From Octopus sinensis (taxonomy: Eukaryota), in contig NC_043017.1 of assembly GCF_006345805.1 (NCBI RefSeq), positions 4,588,001 through 4,652,000 on the forward strand: DNA of 64,000 nt. The letters run 5' to 3'. The translations under genes and the position numbers were made by a program. Position 1 is the stretch's first letter. The number at the start of each line of letters is the position of its first letter. The notes beneath the pieces were generated by a model that had not been told where the DNA came from, did not search any database, and saw only the letters and a list, made by a program, of their open reading frames with translations. Below, piece by piece: positions 1 through 13,530 of the stretch.

Positions 1-62
1 CCGTAACTACAAAAATGTTGTGGAAAAAAGACGCAAGAATAGATTGGGTGAAGCCGAAGGCA

Positions 63-96
63 AATCCATAGCAACAGTGTTCGTATCCGTGGCAAC
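63..96. promoter_or_regulatory. Two adjacent RFX X-box motifs
   Basis: GTATCCGTGGCAAC at 83-96 fits the X-box consensus (GTNRCC-N-RGYAAC family, GTATCCATGGCAAC type). AATCCATAGCAAC at 63-75 is a second near-site. Confidence 0.5.
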
Positions 97-321
97 AACA
101 CAACAGAAACTGAAAAGAAGATCATTGTATACCTATAACAGGAATTCCTTGATTAGCACGGTTAATCAATTCTTGCGAAACACCACTTACACCAAAACCA
201 TACTAACCAAGACTAAGAACCAGTGTAATAATTATTATGAACCCCGGAAAATACCAAAATTATTATAATTTTGTTTCACTTAAGGCCCATCTATAATGCA
301 TTGTATATACTTTAAATCATT

Positions 322-702
322 ACTCTTTTTTTTACTCTTTTACTTGTTTCAGTCATTTGACTGCGGCCATGCTGGAGCACCGCCTTTAGTCGAGCAACTC
401 GACCCGGGGACTTATTCTTTGTAAGCCCAGTACTTATTCTATCGGTCTGTTTTGCCGAACCGCTAAGTGACGGGGACATAAACACACCAGCATCGGTTGT
501 CAAGCAATGCTAGGGGGACAAACACACACATATACATATATACGACGGGCTTCTTTCAGTTTCCGTCTACCAAATCCACTCACAAGGCTTTGGTCGGCCC
601 GAGGCTATAGTAGAAGACACTTGCCCAAGGTGTCACGCAGTGGGACTGAACCCAGAACCATGTGGTTGGTAAGGAAGCTACTTACCACACAGCCACTCCT
701 GC
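322..702 (-). mobile_element. Full-length tRNA-derived SINE, family A (octopus OK/OR-like)
   Basis: Minus strand reads GCAGGAGTGGCTGTGTGGTAAG..GGTTCAGTCCC (A/B-box head) through to the tail CAGTCAAATGACTGAAACAAGTAAAAGAG. Full or partial copies recur at ~3684, 5912, 7220, 28530, 44520, 48410, 49585, 51700, 58490, 59335 and 60350. Confidence 0.85.
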
Positions 703-789
703 ACCTATGATTGAGGAATATATTAAAAAATATAGTAAGATGTAAATTTTATTTTTTACTAAAAACCTTTATCTAATTTCAATTAAACA

Positions 790-1010
790 GTCGTAGCTTT
801 TTCCCCTTTTCTCCGTGATTTTGCTATAACAATCAGTTTGCTTATCTAGCCCTCGACGAACATTCATGTATCTCTTTTCATTTGAATCAATCTCTTGAAC
901 GAGTTCTTTTGCTTTTTCAATTGTAACAATTCTTCAAGTTTTTTGACGGAAATATCTTCGGGTATGGTTTCCCTTTTTTCTGCTTCCTTTTCCATCTTCT
1001 CCTTCGTATG
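790..1010 (-). mobile_element. Possible pogo/Tigger transposase C-terminal remnant
   Basis: Frameshifted minus-strand translation EKEAEKRETIPEDISVKKLEELL / LVQEIDSNEKRYMNVRRGLDKQTDCYSKITEKR resembles Tigger C-termini (from memory). Confidence 0.3.
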
Positions 1011-3165
1011 TCTTTCGACGCCTGCTAATCACGGGGTACCTGTATATCTTTTGGAAATGTGTGCATGCACGTTTCTCGTGTCTTACTTATTACTTCAAAA
1101 CTGCATCGTTGGGGGAAAACTATTTTCATTTTGCAGACTCCCCATATCACAAAGCATTTAATACACTTTTCACAGAAAACAGGGGAGGGCAGAAAACCCT
1201 CGGAAATTCCTCACCCACCCACACACGTGCCTCAGCGTGTGTGGTGGACTGCGTGCTCTAGTTTCCTAGTCACCCTTCGCCACTGATATACATATGTATA
1301 TCGTCGTTATTATCATTTAACGGTGGCATGGGCTGGACAGTTAGACAGGAGCTGACAAACCAGAGAACTGCACCAGGCACCTCTATCTACCTACCTACCT
1401 ATCTATCTATAGTTAAGTAAGATTCGGGTAAAAACCTTATAGAATGCTATGCAAAGCTCGTCCACAGTTATTGGCTACCTGATGTCATCATACACTGGAA
1501 ATGCTCCTGCTACTGGATATATACTGGGAATTCCATAGTATCCGTATAGTTTATATAGATAGATAAATTACAGAAATGGAATTAACAACATTATTGGATC
1601 TTCTCTGTTTGGCTACAATTTTTCAATTTCCGTTGCAATTGATTTCGTATTAGGTGTAATGATGTAGTTTTGTTTGCTAATCATTGATATGAAATCAATA
1701 AATAAAGAGTTAATAACTTTTAAAGTTTGTGTAATTTTAGCCAAATGAAAGCCTCAGATACATGCCTGTTTCCATAGTAACAAGCCTAGCTTTCCCCAAG
1801 CTATTTATTCATGCTTATTAAATGGTGATTGTGAGATCTGCTTGGCCTTAAATCATGCACCAAAAATTCTTTCCTTTAGGTTTTTGCATAATTGTATGAT
1901 TTCCCGTGTGTATAATACAAATCCACGAATATTTTGTATTTTGTAGAAGCATAACCAATTGATTGCATATAATTTTATATAACAAAATTTTATACGAACC
2001 CCAAGGGTCATTTAGGCCCTAGTTAAGAACCACCATATATATATATAAGGAATCCTTGTTCATGTATAAAGGGGATCTTTACCGTCTGTCCTCAGAGGAA
2101 TTCAAGACATGCTGCCCTTTTCTCATTTTTGTTGATATTTTTGTGACAACTTGCTGGGGCTTCCTGCTGGAGCCTAGCGGCAGGTATTTAAAGGGAAAAA
2201 AATTTTGACAAGTCAGTCAGTCACCGGCTGACACTACATCGAAGAGGCCAGGGAACAGAAGAAAGAAGACATGCACCCAACACCAGAGCTGAAGACACCT
2301 CCGAATGGGGGGGGGGGGCACGTCAAAACGGGTAGAGGAGTAGGGGCCGAAACCGGACGTGGTTCCTCCTGATGATGTCTTGAGCTAACTGGATCCCTAT
2401 AAAGGAGCTGTTGTGGTAGCAGACCACGAAACACGGTTGTAGTTCCCCAAATGTGGGGAATAACGAAAATTGGAATGAAAACAAAACAGAGGAAGTATAT
2501 AAAAAAATCTTTACATAAGTAAATAAAAAATTACTCCTTGTTTTCTTAATTTTTCTTGCTTTTGCCTTACTAATATTAATAAAGGAACAATAAGATATCA
2601 CGATATGTTCATATAATCAGAATTTAAATCGGAGCGATGGATGACTGCTGTTTAGATTTTATAGCAAGTGTTAATTTACATTTTAAAGAAAGTTATCATC
2701 ATTTATTTACAAGGTTAATTACCAATCGTGTATATTGATTCGATCCTGAAACGGCAATTGTAAGCAAACTGGAGGTGACTTAGTAATTACAGACGTGTAT
2801 CGAATGACAGGAATAGATTTAGGACATTTCAATAAGCTGCCAAGGGGAAGTAACTGTCTCCAACCATTCTGTAACCTCTCCTGGGTGACAATATATTTTC
2901 TCAAAGATTTGTCAATAATGTTATTTTTCTGATGTGCAGCGACAAGATTTCCGTCTGGAAAACGTGTAGCATTGGCTGCACACCCAGGTATCGCCGCTTG
3001 TAACGCAGAAGAGACAAAAATAAATATAGGGGCTGCACCAGGCTTCAATCTGATCTGGCAGAGCTGCTACGACTGGATGCCCTTCCTAACGCCAACCAAC
3101 TCTGCGAGTGTAGTGGGTGCTTTTATGTGCCAATGGCACGAGGGCCAGTCAAGCGGTACTGGTAA

Positions 3166-3398
3166 CGGCGAGCTGGCAGAAACGTAAGCATGCCGAGCGA
3201 AATGCTTTGCGGTATTTCGTCTGCCGCTATGTTATGAGTTCAAATTCCGCCGAGGTCGACTTTGCCTTTCATCCTTTCGGGGTCGATTAAATAAGTACCA
3301 GTTACGCACTGGGGTCGATATAATGGACTTAATCCGTTTGTCTGTCCTTGTTTGTCCTCTGTGTTTAGCCCCTTGTGGGTAGTAAAGAAATAGGTATT
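3166..3398 (+). mobile_element. tRNA-derived SINE, family B (MetaSINE-like central domain), nested in an RTE-tail repeat
   Basis: GGCGAGCTGGCAGAAAC..GAGTTCAAATTCC..GCCTTTCATCCTTTCGGGGTCGAT..AGTACCAG..AAAGAAATAGGTATT. Flanked by TGGTAA(C/T)GGC direct repeats. Other copies at 14395-14740(-), 27580-28025, 49815 and 56215. Confidence 0.8.
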
Positions 3399-3549
3399 GG
3401 TAATGGCCATGCCCAATTGGTGTTTTTCACGTGCCACCAGCACAAGTGGCAGTAAGGCGATGCTGGTAACAATGACACTTGAATGGTGCTCTTTACATGC
3501 CAGTGGCACAGAAGCCAGTTAGCTGCTCTGGCAACGATCATGCTTGGAT

Positions 3550-3583
<34 letters not shown>

Positions 3584-4277
3584 TTTTCTCCATTTTCTTA
3601 TTCTAATATCCAAAAGTTGATGAACAAACTAAATTTGTTTCTCCATTTTCTTATTTGTATTATATATATATATATATATATATGATGGTCTTTTTTCAGT
3701 TTTCATCTACCAAATTCACTCATAAAACTTTGGCTGGCCTAAGGTTATAGCAAATGACCAAAGTGCTGTGCAGTAGTGGGACTGAACCCAAAACCATGTG
3801 GTTGGGAATTGAACTTCTTAACCACACAACCATACCTGTAAATATACATACTACACATGAAAGAATATAAATAGCATTCAGAATATGTTACTCTCCGTAC
3901 ACCCAATTACAATATTTTGAAAATCATTTTTTTTTATCATTTGTGTATTTATTTGCAACATTAAATAGTTATACTGTGACAGTATCCCAGTCATTAACTC
4001 ACAATATAAAAAAAACAAACAACAGTGTCTTCTAGAAAGTATTAAGAATGACTGATTTTAATTAACATGTACAATTTGATTTCACAAACTATATATATAC
4101 ATATATATATATAGTTATGTGCTTGTTATTATATCTTCTCCTTGTGTGGATATATTTATTGTCATATAAGATATTTCTTTCATAGGACAACTTTTGACAT
4201 TGTGACATTACGCTTCTGCATAAATACGTACAAGTATTGTAAAGTAGCTTTCTTTATAGAATGATATGATGCAAATA

Positions 4278-5393
4278 TCATTTATATCGCTTTTCACCTG
4301 TATGAATATACATGTGTCGAGTTAAGCTGCCTCTCAGAGAGAAAGATTTACCACAGACATCGCAATAATAGGGCTTCTCACCTGTATGAATGCGTTTGTG
4401 TCTTGTTAAGTCACCGTTTTGAGAGAATGATTTACCACAAGTATCACAGTGATGCGGTTTATTTCCTGCATGAATATAATTGTGAATGGTTAATTTACTT
4501 CTTTGAGAAAATGACTTACCACAAATGTCACAGTGATGTGGCTTGTCTCCTGTATGAATGTGTCTGTGATTAGTTAAGGTACTTCTTACAGAAAATGATT
4601 TGCCACAAATATCACAGTGATAAGGTTTCTCTCCTGTATGAACACGTTTGTGTGTAGTTAAGACTCTTCTTTCAGAGAAGGAATTACCACAGATGTCACA
4701 GTGATAAGGCTTATCCCCTGAGTGAATACGTTTGTGAATAGTTAAAATACCACTTTGAGAGAATGATTTGCCACAAATATCACAGGGATATGGTCTCTCT
4801 CCTGTATGGACATGTTTATGGTTAGTTAAGGTAACTATTTGAGAGAACGACTTGCCACAGATATCACAGTGATATGGTTTCTCACCTGTATGAATGCGTT
4901 CATGGTTAATTAAGTTACTGCTTACTGAGAAAGCTTTACCACAGCTCCTACAGTGATATGGCTTCTCTCCTGTGTGAATACGATTGTGTGTCGTTAGAGT
5001 ACTTCGTTTAGAGAATGATATACCACAGATATCACAGGGATATGGCTTCTCTCCTGTATGAATGCGTTTGTGGTTAGTTAACTGAATAACTTGGGAGAAT
5101 GATCTACCACAGGTATCACAGGGGTATGGCTTCTCTCCTGTATGAATGCGTTTGTGAGTAGTTAAAGTACTTCCATGAGAGAATGATTTTCCACAGATAT
5201 CACAGTGATATGGTTTCTCTCCTGTATGAGTACGTTTGTGAGTAGCGAGATTACCTTTTTGAGAGAATGACTTTTTACAGACATCACAACGGTACGACAC
5301 CTTTCCTATATTCTTCAGCATCTCATGAGGAAAATCAATCTTTTTAGATGCTTTTTTACGTTTAGCCTGCTTCTTAGATAATTTATTTTCCAT
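4278..5393 (-). CDS. C2H2 zinc-finger protein ZNF-1 (12 fingers, 371 aa from the MENKL start)
   Basis: 12 tandem CxxC-x12-HxxxH fingers with TGEKP linkers. The ATG at 5393 aligns with the paralogue starts. Splice acceptor at 5778-5780. Confidence 0.95.
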   Translation of the reverse strand: MENKLSKKQAKRKKASKKIDFPHEMLKNIGKVSYRCDVCKKSFSQKGNLATHKRTHTGEKPYHCDICGKSFSHGSTLTTHKRIHTGEKPYPCDTCGRSFSQVIQLTNHKRIHTGEKPYPCDICGISFSKRSTLTTHNRIHTGEKPYHCRSCGKAFSVSSNLINHERIHTGEKPYHCDICGKSFSQIVTLTNHKHVHTGERPYPCDICGKSFSQSGILTIHKRIHSGDKPYHCDICGNSFSERRVLTTHKRVHTGEKPYHCDICGKSFSVRSTLTNHRHIHTGDKPHHCDICGKSFSQRSKLTIHNYIHAGNKPHHCDTCGKSFSQNGDLTRHKRIHTGEKPYYCDVCGKSFSLRGSLTRHMYIHTGEKRYK

Positions 5394-7840
5394 AATTTTT
5401 ACTTGTTTTACCACATCACAGAAATATTTCTCTCCTCTTTGTTTTTTATATTTTATTCCTAACAGGTATTTCTACTGATTTATTTCTAACATCTTTGTCT
5501 TTCTCAATATCTGAAGATGCCATATACGCTTCTGTGAATGTGTCCAAGTTTAATTCAAATGCGAAAACTCTCTCATGCACAAATCAGACAGTGAAGTAGA
5601 GAAATGTTCCTATAGTCTCATACAGACGATATATTTCATGGTAATTCTGCCATAGAATTATATAGAGTTACACTTTGTGTGTATAACATCTTCCTTCAGT
5701 TTTCAAAAGATGATAAATACAATCGTTGCATTTGAAGTAAAAAAAAAAATCTTTTGTGCCAATGCCATCTGATATTTCTGAAATAAAAGAGAAAAGTATA
5801 GACGTTAGAAGATATTTAAAAATGAAGATTCAACAGATGTATTTTAGTGAGTTTTTATACAGATACACTGTACAAATAAACATCAAAACAATTGAACTAC
5901 TTTTTAATAGGTGTAGGAGTGGCTGTGTGGTAAGTAGCTTGTTTACCAGCCACATGGTTCCGGGTTCAGTCCCACTGCGTGACGCTTTGGGCAAGTGTCT
6001 TCTACTATAGCCTTAGGTCGACCAAAGCCTTACGAGTGGATTTGGTAGATGGATGAAAGGCAAAGTCAACCATAGCGGAATTTGAACTCAGAACGTAACG
6101 ACAGATGAAATCCCGCGAAGCATTTCGCCCGGTGTGCTAACGTTTCTGCCAGCTCAATGCATTATAGTTTCTTCTAGTTTCCATCTGCCAAATCTACTCA
6201 CAAGGCTTTGGTTGACCCAGAATTAGAAGACACTAGCTTCAGGTACCTCATGGTGGGGACTGAACCCAAGACCACATAGTTGGGAAGCAAGATTCTTACC
6301 CACACAGCCAGGCCTGCGTTTCTATATTAAATTCCTAAAGATTTTCAAATCTGTTAACTTATTTAAATGCCAAAACATGTACACAGTAGTCTACTGCACT
6401 TTCTGGAAAAAGAAAACACAAACCTTTTGCTACATAATTTTACATTGATTTCAAATTTTGTCACAAGGCCAGCAATTTAGAGTGGGAGGCTAGTTGATTA
6501 CATAGACCCCAGTATTCAAACGGTACTCATTTTATCAACCCCGAAAGGATGAAAGGCAAAGTGAATCTCCAAGAATTTGAACTCAGAATGTAAAGACAGA
6601 CGAAATGCCGCTAATCATTTTAAAGAAGAGTGGACCCGATGCGCGCACCTGCGCTAGTCAGATGGATGCATGCACCTCGGTTTCCTAAAATATGCGGCAA
6701 ATTATTTCATATACTCAAATGAAATTCAAATTTACGTAGAAAAAAAATTGAATTTACTTTATATTGCACACAACAGCTGACTTTACGTTTTCAAGAATAA
6801 CAGATCAATATTTAACTTGAAAATCCATCCTGTACCTGTCAGGTCGAAAAAAAATCTTTTTATCGATTCTTTCACTTTAAATTTCTGTATCTTTGAAAGG
6901 AAAATCGTTATTTACACAAATTATAACACCTTTAAAGCTAATCTTTATAAACTTACCGTTTTGAGAAGCAAAGAGAGAATCGTTAAACAGTGTGACTTCT
7001 TTAAAAACTATGCAATAAATGTTGTTGTTGTTGTTACTAAGGAGTTCGATTCTTTTCATCAAATTCCTTCCACGATATCAATGATCAGAGAATTCCTTCG
7101 TCTTTAGCAGTAAATTCGTATTATGTCACAGTAAAGCTAACATTCTATGTTTATCCGCAGTTTCGATGCAAAATATATGACCACGTTTTAAGTACAGAAG
7201 ACTGGCCTTGTATCTTTTACTTCTGCGTCATTTGATTGCAGCCGTGTTAGGACATTGCTTTGAAGGATTTAGTCGAATAAATAGGTCCCAGTACCCATAT
7301 TTTTTAGCCTGGTACTTATGGTATCGGTTAGTTGAGGGTGTAAACTAAACACTGGTTGCCAAGCGCTGGCAGTTAACTAACAGGAGGAACACACACACAC
7401 GACATTTCTTTCAGCTTCTGTCTACCAAATCCACGTACAAGCTTTGGTCGTTCTAAGGCTATAGTAGATGACACTTGCCCAAGGTGTCACGCGGTGGGAT
7501 TGAACCCAAAACCAATCGATTGGGAAATAAGAATTCCCAATTAAAAGAAATCATATTTCACAGAAATTTCTTTCTATAAAATAAAATTAAAAAGGGATGC
7601 AATTTTTAGCGACTCTCAAAAATAGGGTTTATAAGAGTTAATCCCTCGAAATACATAAAAGAAAGAAGCATGCACGCTCGCTCGCTCAATTATACTTTTT
7701 ATCAAAGGACACTACTATTCCCTTCGGATTTTGTTTAATATAAGAAGAAAGTTAATAAGGTCCATTCTCTACACGTTTTTACTTAACGTCTTCAACATTG
7801 TTGCTGGAGATCTAATCGTTTCATCTAAACTCACAATTCG

Positions 7841-8179
7841 GAGACCCCCCTTCGGTCACGACACAGACCATGGGATTGCACCTAGAAAGTTACCCTCCTA
7901 GACACAAGTCCGGGCGGGGTTGTTTATGGAAGACCAGTTGTCGCCCATGCATACCGGCCTCCCCGCTCCACGCCACCAGTGTTATCCAAGGGAAAGGCAA
8001 AGGGGCCGATACAGCTTGGCACCAGTGACGTCGCAACTCATTTCTACAGCTGAGTGAACTGGAGCAACATGAAATAAAGTGTCTTGCTCAAGAACACAAC
8101 ACGCAGCCCGGTCCGGGATTCGAGCTCACAACCTCACGATCGTAAGCTCGACGCTCTAACCACTGAGCCATGCGCCTTC
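7841..8179 (-). mobile_element. tRNA-derived SINE, family D
   Basis: Head GGCGCATGGCTCAGTGGTTAGAGC..TCGAATCCC, body TTGAGCAAGACACTTTATTTCATGTTGCTCCAGTTCACTCAGCTGTA, end GACCGAAGGGGGTCTC. A closely similar copy lies at 25201-25536(+). Confidence 0.85.
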
Positions 8180-10201
8180 ACAATAGAAATCTAATAATTC
8201 AACTTTCGTCGTGCCTTTATTCGGGAAACATATTTTCAAAAATTAGACTTAATCGGGAAAGATGAGGAATCTAGTAAGATGAGAGTTAGTTCCCCTGACA
8301 ACGTATTCTGCATCTTTTCCAGCATCATGTATTCATCCACGCATCTGTCTGTCTGTCTTCTCTCTGTATATATATATATATGTATATATAATATAATTTT
8401 GGGAATACATCAAAATAATGCAGCTCTAGACCCTTTCAGAGAACCCCTTCAACGTTGCTATACCTCTTATCACATGGCCTCAGCTGACCAATGAAAATCC
8501 AATATTTCCACTTCCTGAGTCCTAATCATTTATTCATTAGAAGTAGGTCACATTCTGCAAAGTGTCCATCTACCAAATTCCACCCGCAAGGTATAATTTC
8601 TCTTTAACGCTTAACCATTATGTGTCGCAACTATAATCGCATGTAAAATAAGCTACAATAATTTTTAACTATTGGAAATATAGTAAAGGGTGAATAAATA
8701 GAAATCGAAACACCTTTCTATGAATTCAACAATTATAACTAGAGAAAAATTTATACAAAATTATTTTTCTTATTGTCAACCGTCCTTCCTTTCATTAGTA
8801 TAATATTTGTTTTTGTTTGGTATGTTATAAAATTCTTGGCACCTCTGAAAGCAATGTGAATTTGGTCATGGGTCAACTCAGTAAAGAATCACCTGAGGTT
8901 TAATTAAACAGCAACTGAGCACAGGTGAATTACGTTTCTGGAGATTATGATTATGTAATCTACGACACTGCAGTTTCCTAAAGGCGAGTGGTTAGAGTGT
9001 AGTTTCGATTCCTGGACCAGGCGGTGTGTTGTGTTCTTGAGCAAAAAACCACTTCATTACATGTTCCTCTGCGATCACTTCCACACCTGACGTGTGGCTC
9101 ACCGTACACCTGTACAGTGATTATTTGATAGAGTGATCTTTTGTGCGGTACAAACATGTAATCACTACAAACAAATCGTCTGTGCAAGTGGTTCAACTGA
9201 CGACAAAACAGTCAACAGTTTAACATAAACTAGTCACACACAAAATAATAATAGTAACATGCTAACATTTCAAATGCTTTTTAATCCCATAGCACATCAA
9301 TATCAGTGCTGCCTATTTGGCATTTTTAACGTTAGTTGCTCAGATTTAATTGCAACATTTGGTAAATCATAACCGAAAGTGTGAAGACTTTTGGCATCAA
9401 GCAAAGAGAAATGACTGATGAAGCTTCCATGCCGGGCACTGGTACAAGTGCTTTTTATGTGACACTAGCACCTATGAGCCCTCAAGACAAGGCCCTCTCA
9501 AATCCACTCACAAAGTTTTGGTCCAGCCTGGTGCTATAGCAGAAGACATTTGTTAAAAGTTCCATGCAGTGGGACTAAGCCTGGAGCCACTTTAATTGGG
9601 AATAAAACTTCTTACCACACAGCCACACATGTGAGATAAAGAAATATCAGAATGCAGCTTGAGGTGTTTTCATGTTTTTTCATTGTACCTGTAGCCTGAA
9701 AATATGAAGAATTCACCCAAGGTTCTATGATATAATTCTAATCACTAATTAAAAAATAAATTTCAACTATTAACTCGAGGCCTTTATCTACAGTTTATCA
9801 AGATAGATGGTTGTAACATTTCCACTGTTAGCTCTTTACTTTTTTAATATCTTCTGTATCTTATACTGTCTTTCTATTATTTCAGAATATCAGATGGCAT
9901 TGGCATTAAAGAATTTTGTCCTTGAGATGTATCCTCAATATTTACCACCTTTTAAAGACTGTAGGAAGATGTTATACTTTCTGTGAATTGAGATTAGTAA
10001 CAACATTTCTGTACTCCACTCTATGGAATGTGAACAAGATGGCTTTGGATCCTACTTAACCACGAACAAATTTATAAAAGACTTTCCAGCCACTTCAGAA
10101 ATTAATAAAAATAAGAGTTGATGAAAAAATTTTCCATAGAAATATTTAAAAATAAAATTAAAAAGATAAAATATATATATTATGGTGATAAAAACAAAGT
10201 T

Positions 10202-11080
10202 ATGGAGAATGAATTCTGTGAGAACACGATTAAGTGTAAAACAGAGCCTAAAGTGGTTGATTTTTCTGATGACATACTGAAAGAGATAGGAAAGACATCT
10301 TATCATTGCAATACCTGTAAAAGGTCATTCTCTCATAAAGGTCACTTCACTATTCATAAACGCATTCATACAGGAGAAAAACCATTCAACTGTGATACTT
10401 GTGGTAAATCATTTGCTGTAAGTAGTACCTTAACTAGACACAAACGTATTCATACAGGAGAGAAACCGTATCACTGTGATATCTGTGGTAAATCGTTCAC
10501 TGTATCTTGTCACTTAAGTAATCATAAATATGTTCATACAAGAGAGAAACCATTTCACTGTGATATCTGTGGTAAATCATTCTCTTTAAGGAGTCACTTA
10601 ACGAGTCACAAATATAGTCATACAGGAGAGAGATCATATCACTGTGATATCTGTGGTAAATCATTCTCACTAAAAGGTCATTTAACTTCTCATAAACGTA
10701 TTCATACAGGAGAGAAGCCATTCCACTGTGATGTCTGCAGTAAAGCATTCTCCGAAAGAAGTACATTAACTAACCACAGACGCATTCATACAGGTGAAAA
10801 GCCTTACTGCTGTGTTATCTGTGGTAAATCATTCTCTCATGGACGTACGTTAACCAACCATGAACATATTCATACAGGAGGCAAACCATATCATTGTGAT
10901 ATCTGTGGTAATTCATTCTCTCAAACTGGTAATTTAACTAGACACAAACGCATTCATACAGGAGAGAAACCCTATCGCTGTGATATCTGTGGTAAATCCT
11001 TCTCTGTAATAAACCATTTAACTCGACACAAACGCATTCATACAAAAGAAAAAACAGTAACACAACAACGTGTCAGGTAA
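10202..11080 (+). CDS. C2H2 zinc-finger protein ZNF-2 (9 fingers, 292 aa from the MENEF start)
   Basis: 9 tandem C2H2 fingers with TGEKP linkers. Acceptor TTTCAG ends at 9885. A longer in-frame start exists at 10118. Confidence 0.95.
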   Translation: MENEFCENTIKCKTEPKVVDFSDDILKEIGKTSYHCNTCKRSFSHKGHFTIHKRIHTGEKPFNCDTCGKSFAVSSTLTRHKRIHTGEKPYHCDICGKSFTVSCHLSNHKYVHTREKPFHCDICGKSFSLRSHLTSHKYSHTGERSYHCDICGKSFSLKGHLTSHKRIHTGEKPFHCDVCSKAFSERSTLTNHRRIHTGEKPYCCVICGKSFSHGRTLTNHEHIHTGGKPYHCDICGNSFSQTGNLTRHKRIHTGEKPYRCDICGKSFSVINHLTRHKRIHTKEKTVTQQRVR

Positions 11081-12839
11081 ACCTCTCAAAGATGTAGACA
11101 CACCTGTCACTATACGATGGTGCACCTTCAGATTTAGAAAATACAGTTCACAAAAATCTTCCCACTCTACAAATTAGTGCCCACCCAGAATATTCTGAAG
11201 CGCCCCCAGGCACCAAATCTGTCAAAAGGACTGGATGTAGCTTAACTAGACACCAGTATTTTCATACAGGAGTGAAAAATAACAACTAATGTCTCTGATT
11301 GAACATTATCAAAAAATTACTTAACTACGCAAGCATTCATACAAAAAAGAGTGAGTGTATCAATATCAAAAATCATTCTATGAAAAAAGAAAGATATAAC
11401 CATCAATATATCGACTCTGAAAAGGAGATATACAGTTAAGGAAACCTCCCAACTCTATTTTATATAACCACTTTATGAGTGAAATAGTATGAAACACTGT
11501 AATGTTTTTAATAAAATTATTCATTCAGAATATATATATATATATACTAAAATATTTCCTGAAGGTAGAAAAGATAATTATTTATTTAACATTGTACATA
11601 GCTGAGAAATATATACTTATAAACCAGTGATGTCATAAATTATATACACCATAAAAAGAAATATTTCATATCCTGTGATATATATATATTCCAGATCTTG
11701 GGAACATTTTTATCTATATCATATATATATATATTCTTTTATAAAGTTTATTTAAAGTATGATGTATGGTTCAGCTTAATGTTAATTCATGTGTTAATAA
11801 ATACGAAGTTGGTTGTGAACATAAATCCTTATCATTAGTGTCTGAATGTCCATTCTGCACCCTTGTATTGGTTTAACATTTCTGTTACACAAGATAATAC
11901 CACATTTTGTCAATCTTTTGTCATCTCAATTCTGAAGCTCAGAATCCTGTGTTCTGATCGCATACTATTTGTGAATATTACCATCTTCTTTCAGTCATTC
12001 CCATGTGGTTGGGAAACAAGCTTCTTACTACACAGTCACACCTGCACCTGTATGTATATATATATACAATGGGCTTCTTTCAGTTTCCATCTACTATATC
12101 CTTTCACAGAGCTGTGGTTAAGCAGGGGCTATAATAGAAGACAGCAGGACTGCACCTGAAATCATCTGGTCGGGAAGCAAAGTTCTTAACTACACTGCCG
12201 TGCTTCTGGAAAATTTATAATTTCTTTTACTTTCAAGAACTAACTTCATATAATTTCAGATCATTCTGTTATACTTTTATGAAGGTGAATGGCCTAGTGG
12301 TTAGGGCATTCATCCCACAATCTTATGGTCATGAGTTCAATTTCCAGTGGCGTGTTGTGTCCTTGAGCTTTATCTCACATTCCTCTGGTTCACTTAGCTG
12401 GCAAAAATAGGTCGTATTTGAAAGGACTGGCCTTATCACATTCTACGTCACAATAAATCTCCCTAAGAAATATTTTAAGGTACATGTGTCTCTGGAAAGC
12501 TCAGCCACTTGCATGTTAATCTCATGAGCAGGCTGTTCCGTTGATCAGATCAGCGGGAACCCTCGTTGTCATAACTGACAGACTGCCAGTTATATAAGTG
12601 CATGAAAATTATTAGAAAGCAGATCAAGGTTTTAATGAATTAGATTTTCTTCCTTATCTATCAGCAACCATTTACCAAGTATCCTAAGCATATGACTACC
12701 TTGTGAGTTGAGTTTTATTAAATTTCATGTTTGAAGCAGATCAAATCCTAATTCTTAGAATTCCAAGAGCTCAGTTATCTTGATCATTTATTGAATCCAC
12801 TACATCTCAAAAATGGTTTTACTAGAATGGGTTAGCTAA

Positions 12840-13530
12840 ATTGAACTACCGAGCAGATGCCACTGTACAAAGCAGTGATCCAATTGTAGAAAACTGGACT
12901 GAAACCAGCTGCTATGAGAACAGACTCCAAGTATTGGTGGTCAACTCTATCAAAGTCTTTAGATTCATCTAAATTGATCAGAGCCCCACCTATGCCAGCT
13001 TCATTACCCACCCTCTGTATGATGTAGTACATGGGGTGGAGGTTGTCGCGAATAGTCCTAGTTGGGATGGCACATGTTTGTGCCTTGCAAACCAACTTGT
13101 CCATGACAAGCGCCAACCGCTTGGCTAACACCTTGACCAAAATCTTCAGCTTTGCATTGAGCAGAGTAATGGGCCTGAAATTCTCCATTATGTACCCCTT
13201 GTTTGGGTCCTTTTTCAGCAGTGCCACCTCCCTTCGACAGACTACAGTGGGAATTCTCTCATTCTGCTGCCTGTTGTGGTAGGTATCTGCTAAGAGGCCT
13301 GCAAACAAGTCTGGCATCGAAATATAAAGCTCATCCAAATCCAGTGATCTGCCTTTCATGCAGCCCTTCATCACCTCCTGTATTTTCATGGCTGTTATTG
13401 GCCTTTCACAACATTCTGCCTCACTCGCTAAGAATGGTGGCAAACTGTTCAGGCAGACATTGAAGTCTGCTCTGTTATTTGTCCTACCACTCGTCCTGAA
13501 CAGTCAAGCAAAGTGCTCCAGAAAGGCCAC
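12840..13530 (-). mobile_element. L1/Tx1-clade LINE reverse-transcriptase fragment (degenerate)
   Basis: ENFRPITLLNAKLKILVKVLAKRL..QTCAIPTRTIRDNL..LINLDESKDFDRVDHQYL..GFSPVFYNWITALY matches the L1/Tx1 RT N-terminal motifs. It carries an internal deletion. Confidence 0.85.

Noticed and set aside
2140-2410. Hammerhead from CTGAAGA/GAAACCGG/CTGATGA in a Penelope-LTR-like segment
   Set aside because: Stem I cannot form and U16.1 is missing; at most a decayed relic.
2719-3048. 109-aa minus-strand ORF with possible splice sites
   Set aside because: No recognisable homology, and its start lies in an RTE-tail repeat.
8100-8179. tRNA genes at SINE heads (also 25201, 33945, 60350)
   Set aside because: Each continues into a SINE body and lacks a proper acceptor stem.
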